Source of the DNA: a virus
DNA: 64,000 bases
Strand: one strand, 5' to 3'
Virus record (IMG/VR): IMGVR_UViG_3300028883_000992
Coordinates: 1 to 64,000 of that record
Shown here: positions 10,073 to 18,109 of the stretch, in pieces
How positions within the stretch are numbered: the stretch's first letter is position 1
How the letters are laid out: the number at the start of each line of letters is the position of its first letter
Position numbers and translations under genes: made by a program
Notes under the pieces: generated by a model
What the model saw: the letters and a program-made list of their open reading frames with translations, nothing else
Told to the model about the DNA's origin: nothing
Databases searched by the model: none

Positions 10073-10345
10073 ATGTTTACACGTAAATATTATAATTTTG
10101 CAACAAAAGAAGAAAATGTTTTTGAGTATTATACTGAAGAAGAAATTCAACAGCATCTTAACGCATGTCAAAGCATGATTCTGCGTAAAATTATAACAGA
10201 TTTACTAAACGACAGAACGGAGTTGATACAATCACTATCAAATACATTATATAGTCATGCAGATGGATGTGATGAATGTAGGGCAGAAATGGATTATTGG
10301 CAAAAACAACTACCGGAATATAAAGATTCATTTAGAAAGGAGTAA
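10073..10345 (+). CDS. Hypothetical protein
   Basis: AGGAG RBS. Confidence 0.6.
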   Translation: MFTRKYYNFATKEENVFEYYTEEEIQQHLNACQSMILRKIITDLLNDRTELIQSLSNTLYSHADGCDECRAEMDYWQKQLPEYKDSFRKE

Positions 10346-10400
10346 TTTTTAAAAGCGTTTTTTTAACTGTATTTTTAACCTTAACTTAACAGGAGTTAAC

Positions 10401-10742
10401 ATGTTTACCGAATTCACAAACAAGGGAACGAGAAACAACACAAAGAAGGTCTTTAGCATTAACAACAGTGGAACCGCTACTTTTTCTTCTGGTTTGATTT
10501 CAGATGTTAGAGAGCGCATGGATTTTAATGCAGATGATCGCATTTCTGTTGTTGTATTGCATGATGGTGAGCGTTTTGGTTTTAAGTTCTATCGTAAGGA
10601 CAATGCACCTAATCACGCATTTATAATCGGTAAGAAAGTTCCGTCTTTTTCTGCATATTCACTCCAGAAGGAATATGGAATTGAAAATGTAAAGATGGAA
10701 GTTGAGTTTGATGAAGATAACGAAATCTTTGTCACAATGTAA
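10401..10742 (+). CDS. Hypothetical beta-rich protein
   Basis: AGGAG RBS; followed by a hairpin. Confidence 0.65.
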   Translation: MFTEFTNKGTRNNTKKVFSINNSGTATFSSGLISDVRERMDFNADDRISVVVLHDGERFGFKFYRKDNAPNHAFIIGKKVPSFSAYSLQKEYGIENVKMEVEFDEDNEIFVTM

Positions 10743-10752
10743 ATAAAGAAAG

Positions 10753-10776
10753 GCTCCCCTCAGAAATGGGGGGAGC
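10753..10776 (+). terminator. GC-rich hairpin with GAAA tetraloop (terminator/stabiliser); its 3' arm contains the RBS of the next gene
   Basis: GCTCCCCTCA-GAAA-TGGGGGGAGC; no strong U tract. Confidence 0.5.
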
Positions 10777-10784
10777 ATACTATT

Positions 10785-11291
10785 ATGATATATTTTACTT
10801 CAGATCACCATTTTTTTCACAGTAATATTATTGATTACTGTGGTCGACCATTTAAAAATGTTGAAAACATGAATAAAACAATGGCTATACGTTGGAACCA
10901 AGTGGTTAAACCTAATGATGTTGTATATCATCTTGGGGATTTTGCACTTGCCAAAAAAGATGATGATATTTCATTCTTTTATGACCTTAATGGTGATATA
11001 ATACTGATAAAAGGTAATCATGATAGGCACATCAAAAGATTTAAAGATCGTTTTGTTTTTGTAACAAATCAACAACAAATAATTTATAAAAATCACAATT
11101 TTTTTATGAGTCACCGTTGTGTTACAACAACTTATTGGGATAGTGGTACAATATATCTGCATGGACATCGACACGTTGGAGACAAATGGAACAAAAATGT
11201 GCATGGGGATACAAACAAGATTAATGTTTGCGTTGATCTTTGGGATTTTTATCCTATTAATATTGACACAATTTTAAGGATGGTAAAATAA
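10785..11291 (+). CDS. Calcineurin-like metallophosphoesterase
   Basis: FTSDHHF, HLGD, GNHD, HGHRH. Confidence 0.9.
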   Translation: MIYFTSDHHFFHSNIIDYCGRPFKNVENMNKTMAIRWNQVVKPNDVVYHLGDFALAKKDDDISFFYDLNGDIILIKGNHDRHIKRFKDRFVFVTNQQQIIYKNHNFFMSHRCVTTTYWDSGTIYLHGHRHVGDKWNKNVHGDTNKINVCVDLWDFYPINIDTILRMVK

Positions 11292-11719
11292 TGAGACTCT
11301 GGACATTACACCCACGTTATTTAGATCAAAAAGGCTTGTGTGGGTTATGGCGTGAAGCTATAATGGCGCAAAATGTTATTCATGGATTAACATCTGGTTA
11401 TAAAAATCACCCACAGTTAATTAGATTTAAGAACAATAAAAGTTTGATCCATGATTATCTTTTAGCAGTCTTTGATGAATCGTTAGAAAGAGGATATAAT
11501 TTTAATTCCGGTAATATTATTCCTCTCAAAAAATTAGAGCCATTATTTTTAATACCTGTCACTTTGGGACAAGTAAACTATGAAATAAAACTTTTAATAC
11601 ACAAATTACAGAAAAGAGGAAGATCAACAGAGTTTCTAAAAAGCGGTATAGAACTGTTCCCCATATTTCATATAATTCCCGGTGATATAGAATCTTGGGA
11701 AAAAGTAAAGGAGTTTTAA
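11291..11719 (+). CDS. Pyrimidine dimer DNA glycosylase / endonuclease V family
   Basis: MRLWTLHPRYLD..LWRE..GYKNHPQL..RGYNF. Confidence 0.88.
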   Translation: MRLWTLHPRYLDQKGLCGLWREAIMAQNVIHGLTSGYKNHPQLIRFKNNKSLIHDYLLAVFDESLERGYNFNSGNIIPLKKLEPLFLIPVTLGQVNYEIKLLIHKLQKRGRSTEFLKSGIELFPIFHIIPGDIESWEKVKEF

Positions 11720-11720
11720 A

Positions 11721-12614
11721 ATGGAACAGAAAATTAAAGGTTGGAAAGTATTTAATAGTGATTTATCGTGTGCCCCTAACGGCAAGAAATTTCAATATGA
11801 AGTTGGAAAAACATATGAAGAAAACAATATACGATTGTGTGTCAGAGGTTTTCATTTTCATACAAACCCTGAACACTTATTTCATTATTATAGTTATACA
11901 ACAAATATAAGAGTATGTGAAATAGAAGCATCTGGCGACATAATAAATGGTGATGATAAATCTGTGTGCTCTAAAATAACAATTATTAAAGAACTGTCGC
12001 AACAAGAAATACTGGAGTTAGTAAACACAGGAAAATCAAATTCAGGTATATATAACAGTGGAAACTGTAACAGTGGACGCTATAACAGTGGAAACTATAA
12101 CAGTGGACGCTATAACAGTGGAAACTGTAACAGTGGACACTATAACAGTGGACACTATAACAGTGGAAACTATAACAGTGGAAACTATAACAGTGGACGC
12201 TATAACAGTGGTGACTGTAACGGTGGAAACTGTAACAGTGGTTACTGTAACAGTGGTAACAATAACAGTGGAAACTATAACAGTGGTGACTGTAACAGTG
12301 GATTTTTTAATACAGGTATACCACCATTAAGAATATTTAACAAAGAAACTACAATTGATAGAAATGAAATACAATGGCCTCGCTTTACTTATAATATTAA
12401 CCTAACAGAATGGATAGAAGATGAAGAAAATCCAGAAGGATACTTAAAAACATATAGCTACAAAAAAGCATGGCGTAATGCATGGGAAGCAACAGATTTC
12501 AATGATCGTAAACTTGTTTTAAAACTTCCTAATTGGGATAATGAAATTTTTAAAGAGATAACAGGCATTGACGCGGAGGCTGAAATTGAAGATCAAAAGA
12601 AGTCAAATCAGTAA
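11721..12614 (+). CDS. Phage protein with N-terminal CxxGFH domain and NSGxx pentapeptide repeats
   Basis: FQYEVGKTY..LCVRGFHF; 17 NSGxx repeats; LPNWD..FKEITGID tail. Confidence 0.8.
   Translation: MEQKIKGWKVFNSDLSCAPNGKKFQYEVGKTYEENNIRLCVRGFHFHTNPEHLFHYYSYTTNIRVCEIEASGDIINGDDKSVCSKITIIKELSQQEILELVNTGKSNSGIYNSGNCNSGRYNSGNYNSGRYNSGNCNSGHYNSGHYNSGNYNSGNYNSGRYNSGDCNGGNCNSGYCNSGNNNSGNYNSGDCNSGFFNTGIPPLRIFNKETTIDRNEIQWPRFTYNINLTEWIEDEENPEGYLKTYSYKKAWRNAWEATDFNDRKLVLKLPNWDNEIFKEITGIDAEAEIEDQKKSNQ
12051..12302 (+). repeat. 15-bp tandem repeat x17 (consensus TRTAACAGTGGAAAC)
   Basis: Read directly. Confidence 0.95.
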
Positions 12615-12933
12615 GTTTTTGAGAGAAAACTCTGAAGGTCATATTTTTAGTGCAGTCTTTGAATATAAAGACAATGCAACTAATAGAAAACTTGGCAGAG
12701 TAGGAAAAGACAGGGAAATGTTATGTCGTTTAGGAGTAAAATCTTATACAAAAGGTGTTGTAAAGCCAGAAGATCGCAGAAAGGAAGATGATAATAATCA
12801 AGTGCTTACTGTCTATGATATGACAAAATGGAAAGAAGGTCAAACAGAAGAACAGGCATACAGAAGAATAAATATAGCAGGGCTAAAAAGCCTGAAAATT
12901 AACGGTATAAAATATGAGGTAACAGATGACTAA
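12568..12933 (+). CDS. SH3 beta-barrel / WYL-like phage protein
   Basis: FSAVFEYKD..REMLCRLGV..YDM..YRRIN pattern; start uncertain. Confidence 0.55.
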   Translation: MTRRLKLKIKRSQISKFLRENSEGHIFSAVFEYKDNATNRKLGRVGKDREMLCRLGVKSYTKGVVKPEDRRKEDDNNQVLTVYDMTKWKEGQTEEQAYRRINIAGLKSLKINGIKYEVTDD

Positions 12934-13087
12934 TTGGATAAAAATGTGGATATCATTTGCAATGGTACACATTTGTTGTATATTAACATTTATAACAAAA
13001 TGGGAATATTTAGTAATACCTCAATACATAGCATTAGCACTTCAAATTTATTACCTTGTTAAATGGTGGAAGGAAAATAAAAAATGA
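12926..13087 (+). CDS. Small membrane protein (53 aa, 2 hydrophobic segments)
   Basis: Read from sequence; GAGG RBS; ATGA overlap with the next gene. Confidence 0.5.
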   Translation: MTNWIKMWISFAMVHICCILTFITKWEYLVIPQYIALALQIYYLVKWWKENKK

Positions 13088-13284
13088 ATAACATTTATGG
13101 AAATTCAAACATTATTTATGCTATAACAGAAGAACATATACAAGAAATAGCACAATTAAAAGTAGGAAGAACACTAACTGAAGAAGAATTATATTCAGTA
13201 GAAAAAGGATTATCATACGGATTACCAGAAACCGTAATGTTAGTATTAGATATAGCTATAGAGGAAGCAACATGCACAAAATAG
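13084..13284 (+). CDS. Hypothetical protein
   Basis: Coupled ORF. Confidence 0.6.
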   Translation: MNNIYGNSNIIYAITEEHIQEIAQLKVGRTLTEEELYSVEKGLSYGLPETVMLVLDIAIEEATCTK

Positions 13285-13457
13285 ATAGAACCAAAAGATA
13301 TTATCGTGGTTTTGTTATTGAGGAATATCAGGGCGACAAAACTATGATACATTTTAGACATGAAAATGACTTAGCAAGAGATTGGCAACACATAAGACAA
13401 ACAGATGTCAATGAAGTTAGTAATATCATAGATTACATACTACTATACGGAGGATAA
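13272..13457 (+). CDS. Hypothetical protein
   Basis: GAGG RBS. Confidence 0.55.
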   Translation: MHKIDRTKRYYRGFVIEEYQGDKTMIHFRHENDLARDWQHIRQTDVNEVSNIIDYILLYGG

Positions 13458-13458
13458 T

Positions 13459-13575
13459 GTGTTAGATAAACTAAATAAATTATTAACTGATAATGGTCAT
13501 CTTATATTGGTATTAGGTTTTTTGTTTACATTTATGATAATATTTATAGTATCAATGATTTTAAATAAAATATAG
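13459..13575 (+). CDS. Small single-TM peptide (38 aa, GTG start)
   Basis: GGAGG RBS; LILVLGFLFTFMIIFIVSMIL. Confidence 0.5.
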   Translation: MLDKLNKLLTDNGHLILVLGFLFTFMIIFIVSMILNKI

Positions 13576-13583
13576 GTAATCAT

Positions 13584-14555
13584 ATGGTAGGACAAGATAA
13601 CATCAGAGAAGATTTGTTAATAAATATACGTGCATCTGCTAATGCAGAACGTATGTTGGAACACACTTTCTTTGGCGGTGGATATGGATTAGGAAAATCA
13701 ACTGCGGCAAGATGGGTAGCAGAACAAATAGGCAACTATTTTAAATCTAATGTAGATTTTAGAAAAGCAAAAACAGGAAGCGAAATAAAAGATGAAGATA
13801 CGTTGTTATATTTTATTCAAGACGTAGAATTAGACACATATAAGATTTTATTTATTGATGAAGCACATTCACTTCCGAAAAAATTGATAGGAACATTAAA
13901 CACATATCTTGACCATCTTGCCAATAAAGAACCTATTGCGGGACAAATTCACCGCCCTGTTACGCTCATTATGGCATCTGAATTTGAATCAAAATTAGAA
14001 CATTCATTGAGATCGAGATGCGTACATTCATATATTTTAGAGCCTTATTCAGTAGAAGGTTTAATAGCTGTACAAGTTTTTCATCTTGATAATATAATGC
14101 AAAATTTTAAATATGATGGAGACATACCAGATTATACATTGCGATATATAGCAGAACGCTCAAGACAAGTAGCAAGATACGCAGTTAATTATCTTCAAAA
14201 AGCCATAAAGGAAGCACAAGTTAAAAATATCAAAGAACTTGACATTAAGACAGTGCAAAATATGTTTGATCGTATAGGTGTAGGTGAATACGGTCTATGC
14301 AAACAAGAACAAGCTATATTATGGCACTTATATATTACCACCACAAGAGAACATGCAGGACACCCTATATCTATCAACAGTCTCGCAGAACAAATGTCAA
14401 TAGCAAAAGAATCTATACTTAAAGATTATGAACCATTTTTAAATACATTAGGACTTATAAGCATAAGAAAAGGACGCACACTATCACAAAAAGGTTTGAA
14501 ATTTGTTAAAGAAAATCCTAAACTTAAAGAGGTCTATGAATCATGGCGAAATTAA
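13584..14555 (+). CDS. ruvB: RuvB-like Holliday junction branch-migration AAA+ ATPase
   Basis: GGYGLGKST, LFIDEAH, LRSR, C-terminal YEPFL..GLI..KGR winged helix. Confidence 0.8.
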   Translation: MVGQDNIREDLLINIRASANAERMLEHTFFGGGYGLGKSTAARWVAEQIGNYFKSNVDFRKAKTGSEIKDEDTLLYFIQDVELDTYKILFIDEAHSLPKKLIGTLNTYLDHLANKEPIAGQIHRPVTLIMASEFESKLEHSLRSRCVHSYILEPYSVEGLIAVQVFHLDNIMQNFKYDGDIPDYTLRYIAERSRQVARYAVNYLQKAIKEAQVKNIKELDIKTVQNMFDRIGVGEYGLCKQEQAILWHLYITTTREHAGHPISINSLAEQMSIAKESILKDYEPFLNTLGLISIRKGRTLSQKGLKFVKENPKLKEVYESWRN

Positions 14556-14707
14556 AATGGACATTAAGACATCCTTATGCTAAAGAAATAGTTGACTTAC
14601 GTAAAAAAGACTATAATTTCCGTGAAATTTCAGAAATTATAACTGAAAAACGCGGTGAAGTTATAAGTAGACAAGCATGTCATCAGATTTATAAAGATAA
14701 TAAATAA
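14543..14707 (+). CDS. Small HTH protein (54 aa)
   Basis: Read from sequence: ..IVDLRKKDYNFREISEIITEKRGEVISRQACHQIY. Confidence 0.55.
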   Translation: MAKLKWTLRHPYAKEIVDLRKKDYNFREISEIITEKRGEVISRQACHQIYKDNK

Positions 14708-14717
14708 ACTATCCAGT

Positions 14718-14802
14718 GGTACTTTTCGGGTGATTCTCCGTGTCCGTAGTAAGAATCACTCCACAAAGGAAATGTGATGACTGAAGTATCGGGCACGGAG
14801 AA
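14718..14802 (+). ncRNA. Candidate structured RNA (three-way junction plus pseudoknot), family unknown
   Basis: Intergenic and GC-enriched; four compatible helices with G-U pairs favouring the + strand. Confidence 0.5.
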
Positions 14803-14819
14803 ATAAATTTGGAGGTTTT

Positions 14820-14990
14820 ATGGAACAATATAATGGATTTACACTAAGATATTTTAATGAAAAGGAAATAATGATATACGGATTTAAAGGCACTGTAATT
14901 ATGCGTGATGGTGCTCAATACTTTGTTCCATATACACTATTGGGAGCTAAAAGTTTCATTGATTTTATAGTGAGAAATTATGAAACGTAG
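14820..14990 (+). CDS. Small hypothetical protein (56 aa, MEQYNGFTLRYF..)
   Basis: Read from sequence; GGAGG RBS. Confidence 0.55.
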   Translation: MEQYNGFTLRYFNEKEIMIYGFKGTVIMRDGAQYFVPYTLLGAKSFIDFIVRNYET

Positions 14991-15186
14991 ATATAGAGAG
15001 ATACATCCCAACACATATAAGAAATGGCAAAGAGTGTATAAGTTTCATACATACCACAAAGATACTGATCCTTATAGCATGATTTGTGTAAGATATGAGA
15101 AAGGTAATACATTATATATAGGAACAGGGAAATCTAAAGAAGAGGCTATATGCAATTTAATGGATCAAATTAAACCTCTAAAATAA
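14980..15186 (+). CDS. Hypothetical protein with HicB-like GxSKEEA motif
   Basis: YIGTGKSKEEAICNL. Confidence 0.5.
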   Translation: MKRRYREIHPNTYKKWQRVYKFHTYHKDTDPYSMICVRYEKGNTLYIGTGKSKEEAICNLMDQIKPLK

Positions 15187-15257
15187 TGCCGTATAGTGTA
15201 ATGGTAGCATACAAGACTTTGACTCTTGGGGTGTAGGTTCAAATCCTGCTACGGCAG
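15187..15257 (+). tRNA. tRNA-Gln(UUG)
   Basis: Acceptor TGCCGTA/TACGGCA, anticodon arm CAAGA-CTTTGAC-TCTTG, TTCAAAT T-loop; no encoded CCA. Confidence 0.92.
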
Positions 15258-15266
15258 AAAGGTATT

Positions 15267-15485
15267 ATGATTACTTTAAACAATGTACAAGTTGACGACC
15301 ATCAAATAGTTGATGTTTTCATTGATTTTTTTGCCAACACACACAATGAAGAACAGGCATATATTATTAATGAAATAGCTGTTGCATTATCAGAAATTTG
15401 CGAAATAAACTATGACTATCAATGTAATATGATAAAAGATAAGCTCAATGCAAATGGTCGTGATTTTATTGACAGGTTGAAATAA
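15267..15485 (+). CDS. Hypothetical protein
   Basis: ORF after the tRNA, AAGG RBS. Confidence 0.55.
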   Translation: MITLNNVQVDDHQIVDVFIDFFANTHNEEQAYIINEIAVALSEICEINYDYQCNMIKDKLNANGRDFIDRLK

Positions 15486-15512
15486 ACAATTCCTTCATAT
15501 CTATGTGTCCTA

Positions 15513-15541
15513 ACGCCCTGTGTACATTGTACATGGGGCGT
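15513..15541 (+). terminator. 13-bp hairpin, probable terminator before the replication operon
   Basis: ACGCCCTGTGTAC-ATT-GTACATGGGGCGT. Confidence 0.55.
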
Positions 15542-15565
15542 AAACATTGTACCTAAAAAATATAC

Positions 15566-15593
15566 TTGATTTTTCTGTCTTAATTCCTATCTT
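15566..15593 (+). promoter_or_regulatory. Putative sigma70-type promoter TTGATT-N16-TATCTT
   Basis: Intergenic, after a hairpin and before the AAGGAG RBS of the clamp loader. Confidence 0.45.
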
Positions 15594-15610
15594 ATAGACA
15601 AGGAGTTAAG

Positions 15611-16465
15611 ATGAAATTTGAAAATTTTGTAGGTAATCGTACCGCCGTAGAGAAATTACAATCTCTCATTCAACAGCAAAAACTTCCCAAACAACTTATG
15701 CTTACGGGCAATAGTGGAGTTGGTAAAACAACTTTAGCTAAAATAGTTGCCTCTAATTTAAATGCCTATGTTAAAGAATTTAATATAGGGAATTTAACAG
15801 GCATAGATAATGTTCGTGAATACATTATTGAAGAGTATCGCAAAAACCCTATAGGATATGATACTAAGGTCTATATCTTAGACGAGATACACAAGCTCTC
15901 AGTCGCCGCTCAGGAGTGCCTATTAACACCATTAGATAACGATACTCCAACGTATTTCATTGCTTGCACCACAGAGCCTACTAAGATCAAGCTAACATTG
16001 CGTAAGCGTTTTACTGTCATTAAGTTACTTCCCCCAACGGCAATAGAAAGACGACAGTGTATAGATCAACTTGAGTTGAATCTACCGGACGATATAAAAG
16101 CATACATAGTATCCATAACAGATGATTTGCGTACAGTCACAAAAATGTCACACTTATGTGAAAATAGTACATTAGAAGAAGCTAAGGTACTTTGCATTTC
16201 TCAAGCAGAAGAAACTACTGCTATTGATGTCGCAAGACAATTAATGAAAGTATCCCTAAAAGAATATAAGGAAATCGTAGAAGCATATGCAGAAACAAAT
16301 GACTGGCGAACATTATTAACGGTATTAATTAACTACTATACATCAGTATTTTTTAACAAAGGTCAATATGTATATATGTCATATCCAATTCAACCGGGTT
16401 GTGAAAAAGCTCACGTATTATATTTATCATCTAAAATCCATAAGGTGTTAAATGGTATTAAATAA
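15611..16465 (+). CDS. Clamp loader AAA+ ATPase (DnaX gamma/tau-like)
   Basis: GNSGVGKTT, GIDNVRE, KVYILDEIHKLS..AQ, FIACTTEP. Confidence 0.85.
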   Translation: MKFENFVGNRTAVEKLQSLIQQQKLPKQLMLTGNSGVGKTTLAKIVASNLNAYVKEFNIGNLTGIDNVREYIIEEYRKNPIGYDTKVYILDEIHKLSVAAQECLLTPLDNDTPTYFIACTTEPTKIKLTLRKRFTVIKLLPPTAIERRQCIDQLELNLPDDIKAYIVSITDDLRTVTKMSHLCENSTLEEAKVLCISQAEETTAIDVARQLMKVSLKEYKEIVEAYAETNDWRTLLTVLINYYTSVFFNKGQYVYMSYPIQPGCEKAHVLYLSSKIHKVLNGIK

Positions 16466-16588
16466 AGATGCAAAAACTAAAATATGTAACTGGCATAAGT
16501 TACAATATATGTCATTAAGAGATTTTGAAAAAACAGTGACGGCTATTATGAATGGCCGTATAACTTATCAACTAATAAGGAGAAGAAA

Positions 16589-17035
16589 ATGATAAGCGAA
16601 GGTAATATTTTTTATCGTGCAAGAGTGGTTGAAATTCAACCTATGAGAATCCACAATAATCTTGAAGTTCTTGATGTAACATTTGCTATCCCTAAAAAGG
16701 TGCGTAATCAAGATGGTTCATTTGGTAGAGTTTATGAACAAATTAAACTAACGGCATGGAGAGATACAGCTAAGAGAATGAGTGTTGTTCCTGCTAATAC
16801 ATTTGGACTTCTTGAAATGGGACACAGTATTAAAAATGGTGAAAGTTCATTTAATCTACGTTCTTTCATACCTTATGATGGACAGCTTTATACATCTATG
16901 AATCAAGCTGTTAATGCACAACAGCCCACCCAACAACCTGCACCAACACCACAGAATCAACCTGCTTCACAGCCACAAACTCAACCTCAAAATCAACCTA
17001 CTAATTTTGAATTTGATGACGATCTCCCATTTTAA
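16589..17035 (+). CDS. ssb: Single-stranded DNA-binding protein
   Basis: OB-fold-like N-terminus, Q/P-rich linker, C-terminal DDDLPF. Confidence 0.85.
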   Translation: MISEGNIFYRARVVEIQPMRIHNNLEVLDVTFAIPKKVRNQDGSFGRVYEQIKLTAWRDTAKRMSVVPANTFGLLEMGHSIKNGESSFNLRSFIPYDGQLYTSMNQAVNAQQPTQQPAPTPQNQPASQPQTQPQNQPTNFEFDDDLPF

Positions 17036-17046
17036 CTCCTGTAATA

Positions 17047-17072
17047 AAGGGGAAGTGTAATAGCTTCCCCTT
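17047..17072 (+). terminator. Hairpin after ssb
   Basis: AAGGGGAAGT..GCTTCCCCTT. Confidence 0.55.
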
Positions 17073-17116
17073 ATCTGAACAAAAACTTTAAAATATTTAG
17101 AAAAGAAAAATAATTT

Positions 17117-18109
17117 ATGAATCAAGACATATTTAAAAAACTTGTTAAAGATTTACCTAAAGACGCTATTGTATCAAGAGGAAAATCTACTGATCTTGTC
17201 ACAGGAAAAGAAAAAACATTTGTAGGATATAAGTGGCAATATTATGTTGAACATCTTAATAAAGCTACGGATGGCAATTGGAACTTCAACATAATTTCAA
17301 AAGATTATGATGTCACAAAAGAGACAAATGAAATCTATTGCATAATTCATGCTCAGTTAGACATATTTGATAATGAAATGACCGCCTCAAAACAACAGAT
17401 TGGATTCGCTACACGTGTATATACAACAACAAACGATATAAATATATGTATAAAATCTGCTGTTGATGATGCATTTGCACGTTGCTGCGCTTTCTTTGGT
17501 GTAGGCATGAAAGCATATAAGGGTGAAGAAAATCGTGTAAGTTTTGATAAAACAGACAAAGAACGGCTTATAGAATATATAACTAAAAACAAAATGGATG
17601 TAAACGAACTCCAAAAACGCCTCATTCACAATGGATTTGAAGGGGAATATGCTACATCTGACGAGGACTTTGATGAAGATCATAAGCTACTTGATATTGA
17701 AAATGTAACTGAAGAACAAGCTAAAGAAATTACTGACTTCATAGGGAAAGTACGTGCAGCACATTTCATTAAGCCTATATGTGAGAAGTTTGAATATGAA
17801 GCAAAAGCTATAGATTATCAAATGGTTCATAAACTTCTTGCAGATTTTGGCGCAGATGTTTTAATAGAAGGCGTCAACAAGTTCGTAACATATGATGAGT
17901 CTAACGAAAAGATTGCATCTACAAGAAAAAATGTTGTTGAAAAAAATGCTGTTGCCAAATGGAGTTACATCAGAAAAATATGTGATAGTGTAATGGCTGA
18001 CAAGGGAAAAGAAAATAAAGATAAGAAAAAAGTTGTTGAAAATACAGTTAATAAAAACATATTGGGCAAGGGTGGCGACGCAGCTATACGAAATCAATCA
18101 GGATATTAA
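17117..18109 (+). CDS. Rad52/Sak-like single-strand annealing protein with extended C-terminal domain
   Basis: GYKWQYYVEHLN..WNFNI..KSAVDDAFARCCAFFGVG. Confidence 0.75.
   Translation: MNQDIFKKLVKDLPKDAIVSRGKSTDLVTGKEKTFVGYKWQYYVEHLNKATDGNWNFNIISKDYDVTKETNEIYCIIHAQLDIFDNEMTASKQQIGFATRVYTTTNDINICIKSAVDDAFARCCAFFGVGMKAYKGEENRVSFDKTDKERLIEYITKNKMDVNELQKRLIHNGFEGEYATSDEDFDEDHKLLDIENVTEEQAKEITDFIGKVRAAHFIKPICEKFEYEAKAIDYQMVHKLLADFGADVLIEGVNKFVTYDESNEKIASTRKNVVEKNAVAKWSYIRKICDSVMADKGKENKDKKKVVENTVNKNILGKGGDAAIRNQSGY

Noticed and set aside
12051-12330. CRISPR-like appearance of the 15-bp array, and the alternate-frame ORF METVTVDAITV..
   Set aside because: There are no unique spacers. It is an in-frame coding repeat, and the second ORF is a shadow of it.
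14761-14790. Hammerhead or fluoride-riboswitch similarity (TGATGA, GAAA)
   Set aside because: The CUGAUGA..GAAA order and the crcB 5' consensus are not satisfied; kept as an unknown RNA.
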